Assembly: GCF_009914755.1 (NCBI RefSeq) | Contig: NC_060929.1 | DNA length: 64,000 bases | Reading direction: 5' to 3' (one strand) | Source: the human T2T-CHM13v2.0 reference genome, Homo sapiens | In this document: piece after piece, positions 19,041-31,861 of the stretch | Layout of the letters: each line of letters starts with the position of its first letter | Position numbering within the stretch: the first letter of the stretch is position 1 | The notes under the pieces: generated by a model | Seen by the model: the letters and a program-made list of their open reading frames with translations, nothing else | Databases searched by the model: none | What the model was told of the DNA's origin: nothing | Program-made: the position numbers and the translations under genes

Positions 19041-19939
19041 GTACCCACAACTCTCCTCCTTCCTTCCTGAGCCCCTCCCCCATGTAGCCACTGGCCTCAG
19101 GGAAACTGACCCCACTCCCACCCAGCTTCAGGAAAGACCCTTTATTCTTCTACAGGTGATCCCATTGCCCTTATCGCCCAAGAATGGCCATGAGACTCAT
19201 TCTAGCTAAAAGACTCAAGGGAAGTCTGCTGGAGGACTTCAGGAGAAAGCCTTTCTCCTAGAAAAGACTGTCTCTATTACTATCCTACATATTGCCATAT
19301 ACAAATATCACCTCTTCATCTCTAGAATTTGGCCATTGCTACCACCTGAGGATGGCACTGGCTCCAAGATAGCAGAGCAAGGATGAAATGAGAGAAGCTG
19401 GGACCTTGATGTCACTGACCCGCCCTGAACCTCCTTTCCTTGCCCCTGGATTCCCTGATAGGTGAGCTAATAAACTTCCTCATGTTCAAGTAGTTTGCAA
19501 TGGTATCTCCATAACTGGTGACCAAAGCATCTTTACTGATAGAGTGTGAGATCATTCATCAAACTTGGAAGCACAGGAAGATAAGCAGGTCTGGAGGAGG
19601 GTAGTGATGGCTGGCTTAGGCATCTAGTGCAGAATCTAGTAAGTGATCAGAATCCAGAAAATAAGGAAGTTGGGACTACAGGTACAGATGTGGAGTTTCA
19701 GCATTCTAGTGGTGGTTGAGGCAATGTGAGTAGATGCACAAATGGAACATGATACTATTTCTCCTACAGACAGATCTGACAAATATATATGAATATCAAA
19801 TCACCACTGCTCTCCCACTTCTAACAACCACTCATACCCCTCGGAGAACCTGTGCAACCTTAGGCAGGGGTGGCAGAGATTCGATATCCCAAACTGAAAT
19901 TCAGAAATAAATGTATTTGCAAATAATATATCATACATA

Positions 19940-20135
19940 CTAATAGCTATCATTTATTGAGCACCTTTTATCCTATGTACCTAAAATTCTTTCCTCAAAT
20001 TCTCACAGTCATCCTATGAGGCAGATATCATGCCCCTCAGCTTACAGATAAGGAAACTGGGGCTGGCAAAAAAAAAAAAAATCACTTGTCCAATCACAAA
20101 GCCAGTAATTACAAGGCAGACAAGGATTTGATTGA
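19940..20135. mobile_element. MIR fragment
   Basis: 'catttattgagcacc...cttacagataaggaaactggggct'. Confidence 0.7.
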
Positions 20136-22399
20136 ACACAGGACAGGGAGCAGGGAGGGGAAAGACTGATGGTGACCATACAGCACTCCCATTAGGAGGC
20201 TGGCCCAGGTGAAAGGGCCAAACTAAGTCAGGAGCAGCGAGGATGGCAGAGAAAAACCAATTTCGACAAGTCGCAATTAAGGCAGCAGAGGTTCCAAGCC
20301 TGCTTCTCAAACACAGGTCTGATGAAGGTCAAGGTGGAACCTGAGTGATTTAACAACTCAAATAGTCTCTCTGGGCTAGCTCAGCAACCTGACCCTCACT
20401 CACGGCCCCCACTGTTCTCTAAACAAAGCACTTTCTAACCAACCGCTGAAACATAGTCCCCCTCAAGATGAGGACTCCACATTACTAAATGCGCTTTCCC
20501 GAGGGCTCAGAAGGTGTCGTTCCTAAACAATACACTGCAGCACATGGTTCCCTCTGCAGTCTCGGTCCACCAATTCCTCCTTTGCCATCTGACCTTTTGG
20601 TTATTGTCTGTGTGAGCTATCGCTCAGCACTTCTCTGTTTTCCCTGCCTGTCCCCATCTCTCTTGTTCTAACTTCCTCTTGGCATGTCAATATCCTGTGC
20701 TGGAAAACAAACTTCTCACACATTTTGGAAGGGCTGCAGGCCCTTTATGTCTTCAGCGATCATTAAGACAGCCTCCGAAGGAACTATTCCAGACCTTGAT
20801 GAATCTCTTTGCAAGAGTGTGTAGTTATAGAGAAAGGGATTCACAATACGCAGCATTAAGACATAATGACTATTTCACTTAAAAAAGAACACAGGAAATA
20901 CATGCATGGCTCAGAGGACACAGGAATGCAATCACATTTTTTACAATGGTATAGACACTCTAAATTGTACTTACAAGGTTTTTGAGTCACAAAGTAAACT
21001 GACTGGTTCCTGAATTTAGCACACTGAGTCTATGCCCAGGACATGTGATAACAGGTGCCTGTTTAATCTTAACATATGAAACGTGGAAACAAAACTTATG
21101 GTGCAGAAACAAACGGTGGTTAGTCATCACAACCCAAAGCAGGATGACCAGGAGCAATATGCAGGAGCTTCAGATGTGATTAAAATTGTCAGAGATAAAG
21201 CTGAACCAAAGCAGTCAATCTCAGAGAGGCAGGAGCCGTAGATGCAGCCAGTTTGATCTCTGACTTGTCATGTTTACAACAGGCCTGCAGACAAACACAC
21301 TTTGCATCAGAATGAAAAATATAATTTTTTCATAAAAACCCAATATTTAATGTATTTACACCATCTTTTCCAGTAAGCCTTAGAGCAGTGTCAGATTAGG
21401 TTTAAACAGCTTCAAGAGTAACACACAGGTGATTCAGCAAGATTAAAAATTACAGTGCTGGTTCACAATAGCATAAACCCCCACTGTGAAACCAACCAAC
21501 ATGGTTCTCAGTTTCAAGAATGGGAGACAAGGAAGAAAAGTCACTAAAGTATGAGGATCTATTTTCCATTTGGGAAATATGCTCTTCTTCGGAAAGACTC
21601 AGGTTGGAAGGGGAGCATTAAATTTAGAAGAGAAAGATTTGGTACTTACAAAATACAAAAACGGTGTGATTCATGTTTTCTGAAATAGCTGCTAGTCAGC
21701 TTTTCAATGTACTGCATGCATTCAGTCCACTGCACCGTCTCATTTTCTACCCATTATCAATACAAAAATTAGAGTATCTTGACAACAGATTTTTCACAGT
21801 GGGATTCACTTTATTCTAGGGTCTTTTCTAGTAAAAATAAAATAGCAAAGGAACTCCATTATCTAGAAGATTTTCAATACAGCCTATTCCAGCTGTAACA
21901 CTCCACTCATTCTTCTATCAAATTATAGTTAATAAGCATCTACCACATGAAGTATACAGCTCTGACTCCTGGGGATCACAGGTAGCAGCTCACAGGCTGC
22001 TGGAGGAGACAGATGTGTCCAGAAATAATGCATGCAGTGTGACAGATGCTGTAACAGGGATGTGTGAGGCACAAATAGGCACCTACCTCCGCTTGGTCAG
22101 GCAGAAGTGAAGGCTGCCTAGCAGATGGGACACTTGATTCAAGGATGCTTCCGATAAGTATGTGTTTATGGAGAAACAAAATGGTACACCAATCAGCAGG
22201 AATCTCATGCATAAAGTCTCAAAACAATCTGGAATATTTGGGAAACCGTGAGCAGTTTCTGCATACCTAGAGGGCAAGTCACTTGGACTGGCAGGGCTAG
22301 ATCAGGTAGGGTGCTAAGTCAAACAATGAAGCTTGGACTTTATCTCTAGGAAGGAATGAGCCACTACAACAAGGAGAAGAGGAGGAAAGGTGGAATAAA

Positions 22400-22590
22400 G
22401 TTAAAATTTGCTGGGTGCTTATCATGTGCAAGACAGCATGAATGTAGAAGGTGAATACTGTACATCATTTCTCTTCATTTTACAGATGGGGAAACTGAAA
22501 CTCAGAAACGACTCGGCTAGTAAGTAATTAGCGGTGCCAAAATTTAAACCCAGGTAATCTGACTTTAGAGCCTATGCTTTTAATCACTGC
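22400..22590. mobile_element. MIR fragment
   Basis: 'cattttacagatggggaaactgaaactcagaa...gctagtaagt' MIR core. Confidence 0.7.
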
Positions 22591-22817
22591 AGGTATTGTT
22601 TTGTGTATAAAGATATGAAGCACGTGTAAAGATACTTGAATATGAAGCAAGATAAAGATAACATATTGTTTTCACTGAATATGAGGGTAAACAACTCACC
22701 ATTCCAAAAGAGGGGGAAAAAAGAAAAAATAGAAGGCATCTAAAAGTTACCCCGCATTCAATATTGAAACTGTGCAACAAAGACATAAGAACAAAGGAAG
22801 CTGCTATCCTCTATGAG

Positions 22818-22985
22818 AGTGGTTCTCAACGGAGGGTGATTATGCCCATCAGGGAAGATCTGGCAACATCTGGGGAGATTTTTGGTTGTCATTATTGGAA
22901 AAGAGGTGCCACACATCTGGTGAGAGGAGGCAGGGAATGCTGCTAAGTATCCTACAAGGGACAGGATAAACTCCCACAGGGAGTT
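22818..22985. mobile_element. MER20 (hAT-Charlie non-autonomous)
   Basis: 'agtggttctcaac...atttttggttgtca...tgctgctaagtatcctacaagggacagga' MER20 pattern. Confidence 0.75.
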
Positions 22986-25900
22986 CAAGATAGTTCAAGC
23001 TTACCAATACAGAATTCAAGAACACACACAGTAACTGGACTGCAAAAAGTGTAGTTCACTATCAACCAAGAATACCAGAAGCACCTAGGGAGGGACAGCC
23101 AAAAGCTGTTGGAGGTAACCAACAATGCTTTCCCCCTTAAACAGTTATTAAATCACATTCAAGTCATGGATGATAAAAGGTATTTTTAATAATTTTTTTC
23201 AAGAAAAAGACTTCTTGTAAAATTGAGGGGCTATTTATACACAGTTCATCTTATGCGGCCACAACCTGGATATCACTTTTGAATTTTAGAAAACTGGATG
23301 TAGTTATGCAGGAGAGACACTTTCTAGCCCAGTCACATCTAATTTAATACCCAATCAAGACCACAGTGAATCTTACGTTTGTGTGTGATTACTTGCTTCT
23401 ACCTACGTTTATATGGTTCCTGACTCTGTACCTTAAGTAGCTGATACCAAAAGATATGAGTATTCACATATAAACTTAATATAATTTGTGAAACTATTGC
23501 TTTTCATTTTTTCCCAATCTTCTGGGATATTTTATTTATTAGTCCAAATTGAATGAAAATTGTAATTTTTGGTAAGTGAGATGCATAAAATTTAAGCCCT
23601 CGCCTTATGCTTGTTTTCCTAGCTTATTAGGAAATTTCTAACCAAAAGCATCAAAACTGACTCACAGTATTCCCTCAGGAATCTCAGGATGATTGGGAAG
23701 TAACATTATTTAGTAGTTAATGGATGAACTATACACTTTAACTGGGCGAAATGTATGGTATACCTTAACAAAGCCATTTAAAAGAAGGTAATGGAATTTT
23801 CATCTTACTGCCATATTGGTTTCATTAGTTTAGTCAATACTCATAGGGAAAAATGAGCACCTAAACATTCATCATGCTACTCAGAGGATTAAAATCTTGC
23901 CAAAATGAAAATACTAATCTATTTCATATTTGTAGCAGCAATTTTGAGAATTAAATTTATAATCAAATCTTGTGACTTTTGTTTTCCTGAAAATGTTTTG
24001 CTAACCAAATGAAAAACTAGAAAAGCAGTCTGAGCCACATTCAAGTTTTGCTAAGAGAACAAAAAGAAAGTTATCTACCTCCCTCAGCACAGAGAACTAG
24101 AAAGGATACAACAAAAGTTTCCCAGAACATTACTCAAACAACTGAGACCAACCATACCAAATATCCTTACTTGAATAAACAACAGATAGCAGCAAAAGAC
24201 AAACAGCTAAAAGCTATTGTAGGGCTCAACACACAACCAATAGCTCTCAGCTTATGTAAACTTGAGTTTTTAAATCTCGGATAAGGTTCAAACTGTGAAC
24301 TGCATGAATAAGACTTTCTGCTATCAAGGTGAGGTTGCCCCTAAAGCAAGTAAAAAAGGCAAATACCTCCGTAACATTAACAGGGATGCAAAGATACTGT
24401 GTTTTATTTTTCTGGTATTTTTTTTTTAACAGAAAATTATTTTCCATTTAAATGGAAATTAAATGGAAATAAAATTATTTTCCATTTAACTGATATTCAT
24501 CTTACCATATAAGATGAGTAACTGTTGTCTTCAGGCTGAAACACTTTTCATGATGACACATTAATTTTTTTTCTAACATCGATGAAAAACTTTATCTAAG
24601 TTGAAGAAAAATCACTTCAAAACTAACTTTTCTATTTGTAATTTGGTGCTTAAATAAGTCCAAAGAATGTTTTTCAAAATGATACACAGAAAAAATGTTT
24701 ACCAAGATTCTCTCATATTTCTTCCACCTTAACTTGCTATAATTAATCTTTTCTAATTCACAGTGCATTACTGTAACAATAATACAAGCAAATTCTCAAG
24801 TAACCATTTAGGAATCAGTAAAATTATTTCTACTAAGAGATGAAATGTGTGCATAATTTTAATGTAAAATTAGCCATCTTCATCTAAGATAGAATAGGAA
24901 AAAGGATAATCACAAAATAAATGTTAGGAAATGCTTTTGAAAAATAGAGATTTTTCTAGTTAATTTCAGAGAACAGTAGGCTAATTGATGTTGCCTGCTT
25001 AATTTTGACTTTAATTAGTGGTAATCAAAATTACTAAGTATACTATCTCAAGGAAAAACACCATAATGGTAGCTACTGGCTATTAACTTTGAAGTAACTG
25101 TTTACTTTTTCATTTACAAACTAAAGTAGGAGTTAATTTTAAGTAATTAATGCAACACACATCAATTGTACCTATGCACCATAATACAGGAAGGTTAGGA
25201 AAAAGTTTTTTAAAATGTCAAGTATGTACAGAACATAAACATGTTCATCCAATGTTTGAATACCTCTACATGCAAGTTTTTTTATACACACCATTTATAA
25301 ATATGCAAATATATTTAATTTAGTACACGCCAAGGGTGGGTAGGTGTTTAACACATACACTTTTAAGGTAGCATAGAAGATAATGTGATTAGCTTTAGCA
25401 GACAACATCTGTGTTACACACATGGCCATCAAAATAATTGTGGCATGCTTTTGTGACAAGGACAGAGGCCAAGCCTGTTGTTAAATGATTATTTCCAACA
25501 ACAGCCTGCTTAAATTATTGTTTAGTTATATGGCCCATATCCAAAGTAACAGTATTACATAGTTGCTGTTGCCTTTGAATCACTCACCAATTTTCAGCCC
25601 ATTTGTAAAACAAGATAAGCACCACTGGATTATAAAAAATAATTATGGATCAGGATTTTTGATTCATGTTTCTTTGACAAAATTATTCCATTTGATCCCA
25701 AGTCCTGGCTGCTCTCTTGACAGAATAATGTACACGCTCTACAGCTGATAGGCATGACTTTGATGATTAAATAGGAAGCTCACATTCCAGATGACTTTAG
25801 ACTCCAGATAATTTAGACTTTGCACTTCAAAAAGATTTCTTTACTGTCTTAGTATCTGATCATCAGTTACCTTTTTCTAATTGTTTCTATCTCGACACAA

Positions 25901-27382
25901 GAATCTATATATTATCTACAATTTAGGATGTTTTTGTGATTTTTGCCTATTTTATTCATACAGTACACCAAAGAATGTTACATCATCTTGTAAGTTACAA
26001 TATTTTCCTGATTTCATTGGGCGGGTGAGAGGAGAAATATTTTGGAACATAAAGAAAAGTTAAAAATACAAAATGTACACCCTCCCCGAAAAGAGTCTAT
26101 TTTATTGGTCTTGAAAGGAAATACCGAATGAGAATCGAACTGAATTTTGCTCAGTATAATTACTGGGGAAACAATATTCAAAACAACCTCCTAAAGGAAA
26201 GGGTTAACAATCTTGTAGCTTTAACTGATTATTTTTGCTCCTTTCTCCCGCAAAAGAATTACACCTATGAAACTGGAATTCTGTACACTAAGAATGGCAA
26301 CATTAACGCTGAAACTTTTAGCCAGGAATAGTTATCCTAGTGTGCATAAAACTATGTAAAAACTGATTCACAAAAGGAAATGCCCAGGGCCTACCCCATT
26401 ATGATTAACTTCTGAGATGAAGCGACTAAGAGAGGATACTTGGCAGCCTGAACTCGATTTCTCAGAAAGCCAGCTCTATCAGAGCGGGGGCGGGGGGGCG
26501 GTTTCCCTTCACCAGACTCAGCTGTTGCCTTATCTAAAATGCCTTAGCGATCTAAAACTGAAAGAGAAAGATAAACAAAACAACAAAACGCTCCGGATTT
26601 AGATCTCCTTTAGGTAGTTAACACTGTTGCAAAAGCAAAACAAGCACGCAGGCGCGTCGGTCAGGTTGTCACTACAAACATACGTACCTTCTCATCCAAT
26701 GTAAGGAAGAGGATCTCTGCGAGCTCTGCTGCCTTTTTGTTTGGGCTCTCTAGGTTAATGTAGTGATTGCATTTTAATGACCCACAAACAGGAGCAAAGT
26801 TATTACTGGGTCGCTTTGAGAGATGTTTACTTAAATGTGAGGATAAACCCAGGTCGCTGTAGAAAGGGAAAATATTTTCCGTCCAAACGTAGCATTACCC
26901 AACTACGAACCCACGCAAAACAATCACAATGACCCATTAATGCGTTTCAACGAGTGAACTAGTTCACTTCCCTAATAACACTGTCAAGGAAAACGCCTTC
27001 AACAAAGTCGAGGGAAACCATGCCTTCCACACTGGTGGGACGCAGCTGGTATAACCCATTCTGCCCCTCTTTGAGAGCTGCGGGGCACCCAGAGGCTTTT
27101 GGAGAAAACCGGTTTGGGGAAGAGTTTTGGGGTGCTGCTGGGAGCCGGTGTGCTGAGTAAACTTAGAAACGTCAAACTCAACTTTGCTTTATGAAGGAAC
27201 TCAAAGTTAACTCACCCTGGTACGTCCACCCTCTCCCTGCGCGCAGGGGACAGCGGCCTCTCCTCCCCACCGCGCAGAGTCGCGGCCGCCGCCCTCGACC
27301 CACCGGTGACAGCCCTCAAAGCGATGGACCCCCGCACCCGCCCTGCCGCCAACCCCCGGAACGCGCTCCGGGCCGCACCCAC

Positions 27383-27481
27383 CTTGATGCCCTGCTGCTG
27401 GGTGGTAAGGGTTAACTTGGATTCATCCAGGAGCAAAACTTCGCAGTAAAATTCTTCCGGAACAGCGCAGAAACAGCCCAT
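27383..27481 (-). CDS. EPB41L4A: First coding exon (33 codons) of band 4.1-like protein 4A (FERM-domain protein)
   Basis: ATG at 27481 in strong context (gacATGG); encodes [33 protein letters not shown], including the FERM F1 start 'CEVLLLD'; ends at donor AAG|GTGGGT in phase 0. No further exon recognised in 1-27382, so intron 1 is >27 kb. Confidence 0.93.
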
Positions 27482-28024
27482 GTCGGTTGTGGTCGTCTCC
27501 AGCCAGGAGAGAAAGCTACCACCGAGGCGCCCAGCCGCCCCCTCCACTCAAGCGCGATGCATTAATTTATTGTCCGCGCCGTGGCGAGGGTGAGACGAGC
27601 AGCTCCCGGCGGGGTCCGGGGACCGGCCGCCGAACCGCCCGGCGGGGCGGGAGCGAGAAAGGCGGAAAAGCCCGGGAGAGTCAGCGCCCGGGAGCCGCCG
27701 GGGAAGCGCCGGCGGAACTGGGCGCGGAGGGCGGTGGCGCGTCCCCGCGCATCCTGCGGCTCGAGCTCCTCCGAAGGCGGGGGCGCGGGGCCCCTCCCGC
27801 AGTCCTGGGGACGACAAAAGTCTCCTGGCACTGGGGGCAAGAGACCAGAAAAAGGAGTGATGGGAATTCGAGGCTCTCCCCGGCCTTGGAAAACCCTGGA
27901 AGCGCTGCACCTCCCTCCTGCCGCACGGATTTGAGCGCGGCCCCGACGTCCTGGCGTCCGATCGGCCTGCGGAGTCCCCCGCGGGCGCGCACTTCCAGCC
28001 GCGACCCCGCCCCGCAGCCCCGGG

Positions 28025-29420
28025 TCAGATCCGCCGAGTATGAAGCGCTCGGCTTTTCTTTTGTGTGAGGAGCACCCACGACGCCCCGACCATGGGCGCA
28101 GGGGCAGAGGCGAAGGTCGTCGCTCCGTCCGCTACCCCGTCCCCCAGCCGCAAGCGCCGAGGAGCCGGAAGAGAGGCGGAAAGGGCAGCAGGCTCCTTAC
28201 CCAGACCAGCGAGGGGAGGTCAGCTCGTCGCGGGGTGTGGCTCCCGTCCGGGGACTCCCGAGCTCATTACGGGTGGCCGTGTGTAGCCAAGTTCAAGCTC
28301 TCCCTCCGGGAATGCCTGCCGCGGCGGCGGAATACGGCTTCTTCAGGACATTCAGCAAAGCGGGGAGGCGGGGACCTGCGGGCGGAGGAGCGACGCCCCA
28401 GCTGGGAACGCGGCGGACGGGCGAGCGGGGGGTGCGCCCTGGGCGCGCCAGGCCGCAGAGGCTCCGGGGAAAGTTCTCTTGGCCGCGCGAGTGGTGGCGC
28501 CCCGGGCGGGAGCAGCCCAGGTGCATGTGGGCCCGGTCCAGGCGTCTGCAAAAAGCCCTGGAACGAAGCGGACCCCCCAGTCCAGCGCTGGCCGCGGCAG
28601 GGGAGCCCCTTCTGGGCGGGGTATCAGCTGGGGGCGGAGGGCGGGGCAGAGACCGTGGTCCCAGCGGCGAGGTGCCGGCGAGTCCACGCTGCCAAGCCGC
28701 ACACTGCGCCCAAGCCGCGGGGCAGTCCAGCGCTCGCTGCGTCCTTCCCCCGAGAGACCTGGAGGCTGGGTGGGGAGAAGAGGACGCGGTGCTGCTCGGA
28801 CCCCACGGTTCGGCGGTCCCAATCCCACGCCCTCCGCGCGGTCGGCCGCGTCCAGGACTGAGGGGCACAATAGCTCTGAAGCTGCAGTGACCCCTGGTGG
28901 GTCCCGATGTCCGTGCACAGGCAGCCGAGGTTGAGCTGCGGACGACACTGAGCCCCGCTGGGCTTCGGAGCAGGTGCAATCTGTGCTCTCCAGCTGGGAA
29001 CCAGCAGCGAGTTAATGCGAGTCGCAGTTAGGGGAGACACGAGGGGAGGTGTCACAGAAAAAAAACTCTATATTGAGTTTTAGAGTTAGAGCTTTGGCAT
29101 CAGACGTAGTTTTGAGTTGACTATTCTACTGCTTGTTAGCTGGGTAGCCAAAGCTCAAAAAAAATTGCTTAAAACCTAGGACGTTAGCCCTTAAAACAAA
29201 ACCAGGCTTCCGTAGCACAGTAGAAATGAAATGAACAATTGGCGACTTTTGATGGAGTTTCCTCTCATAGTGATTTGCCACAAAGGACCTTCTGTAGGAA
29301 GCCTCGGCCTTCCCTGCTATTGTGACCCCATCCAAACACAGGATCAGCATAACCGCCAAAGTGCAATATAAATTTCTGAACTTTACCTAGGCTATGAATA
29401 AAACTATTTTATCTTCTGAA
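28025..29420 (+). ncRNA. EPB41L4A-DT: Divergent lncRNA from the bidirectional CpG island (boundaries approximate)
   Basis: Recalled knowledge of a head-to-head transcript (also called EPB41L4A-AS2); sequence support is limited to the CpG island and AATAAA at 29397-29402 followed by T/GT-rich DNA. Confidence 0.6.
28883..28901 (-). promoter_or_regulatory. Candidate CTCF site
   Basis: tgcagtgacccctggtggg; reverse complement contains CCACCAGGGGTCAC, close to the CCASYAGRKGGCRS consensus. Confidence 0.4.
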
Positions 29421-30147
29421 TTTTCTGTGAAATTGACTCAGGTTTTGAATTTCTGATCAAATTTCGTGTCCAGCTTTGTTTTATTGTCAAAGTCTTGCCT
29501 GCCTTATGAGGTGACACCTTATTATGCTAGATTTTAGCATTTCTGCTTGTAGAGGCTTTTCTTTTCTGTAATACAGTATTCCTGACAGGAGTTACCAAAT
29601 GTGATTGAAAGATGGCTTAACATTTTCATTCTTTACCTCCATATCCAACCGAGACACTTGAGGCTGCAAAAACAAAAGGTTCAAGCAATCATCTGTTCCC
29701 AGTTTTTTTGAGTTTTGCTCTCACCTGTTTTTTGGCCCTTTGATTTGGTTTTTTTGCTTTCTGATTTTTGGTTTTGCTGTTGTTTGTTTTTGTTTTTTTA
29801 CCTCCAGTGGCAGTGAGAAGGCTGAGGGTTTTGGATGGGCAGGGATTCTGTTCCCAGCTCCTCATAAGGTAAGTTACAAAGCCATAAGGTCCCATACATA
29901 TGACACTCTTTCCTGAGTGAAGCATTTTCTTTTCCATTTCTTTATCGGAGACTGGAGAAAAGAACATTTAAAATCTATTTAACACAAAATTAGAGATTAC
30001 TAGTGACAAGAGGATTCCACAGAGTTTCTAAGGATAGCTTTATTGCATATAATTTACATACAGTTCACTGCATAATTTTTAAGTGTACAATTTGATAAGT
30101 TTTGACATAAGTGTGCACCCATGAACCCACCACCATAATCAAGCTAG

Positions 30148-30479
<332 letters not shown>

Positions 30480-30796
30480 ACTTTGTCATCTTACACTCCC
30501 ATTCCTCAGTACGACTCACCTCCCAGGCAACCATAGATCTGCTTTCTGTCACCATCATTTAGCTACATTTTCTAGAGTTTAATACCAATTGAATCATACA
30601 GTGTGAACTCTCCTTTTTGTCTGGTTTGTTTCACTGGACACAACTGAGATTTAACCATGCTGTTGTGAATATAAATAGTTCATTTATTTTTATTGTTCAA
30701 TAATATTCCATTGTATGTATATACCACAATTTGTTTTTCCATTCATTTAGGTGGTTTCCAGTTTTTGACTATTACAAATAAAGCTGCTATGGGGAT

Positions 30797-31271
30797 TGTA
30801 TTAGTCAGCTCAGGCTGCTATAACAAAATACAGCAGACTGGATGGCTTAAACAACAGACATTTATTTTCTCACAGTTCTGGAGCCTGGAAGTTCAAGACT
30901 ACTGTGCCATCATGGTCAGTTTCTGGTGAGGCACCTTCCTGACTTGAAGGAAGGCTCCAGGTTACTGTGTGCTCACATGACATCTTTGTGTGCTTTCAGA
31001 GAGAAGGGGAAAGGGAAGAGGAATAGAAGGAGAAGAGAGGGAGAAAAGGAGGGTGAGACAGAAATATTAAGGAGGGTTGGGGAGAGAAAGACACCAAGAT
31101 AGCACCCTCGGGTCGATTATTACAAGAACATTAATCCTATGGTATCAGGGCTCTACTCTTAGGATCTCATTTAACTTTAATTGCCACCTTATAGACCCTA
31201 TCTCTAAACAGTCACATTGGGTTAGGGCTTCAACATATGAATTTTGAGGGAACACAATTCAGCCCATAGAA
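30797..31271. mobile_element. MLT1 (B/C-like) solo LTR
   Basis: tgtattagtcagctcaggctgctataacaaaatac...gaacacaattcagcccatag; flanks gggat/aggat. Confidence 0.8.
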
Positions 31272-31447
31272 AGGATCCATGTCTTTATATGTACATGTGC
31301 TTTTGTTTCTTTTGTAATACAGAGTAGAATGACTGGATCAGAAGATATACAACTGGCAAATAAACACATGGAAAGATGATCAACATCATTAGTCACTAGG
31401 AAAATGCAAATTAAAATCACCATAAGATACCACTAGACACCTAATAG

Positions 31448-31861
<414 letters not shown>

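Larger units (their letters stand above)
27200..29050. promoter_or_regulatory. CpG island / bidirectional promoter
   Basis: Very high GC and CpG density against an AT-rich, CpG-poor background; several GGGCGG/CCGCCC Sp1-type boxes; contains a first coding exon. Confidence 0.95.

Noticed and set aside
27212-27382. Continuation of the 111-aa minus ORF beyond GIK
   Set aside because: It reads through the canonical donor into GC-rich intron sequence.
27487-29055. Cluster of overlapping 90-230 aa ORFs on both strands
   Set aside because: Expected from stop-codon scarcity in a CpG island; mostly non-ATG starts and low-complexity R/G/P/A composition.
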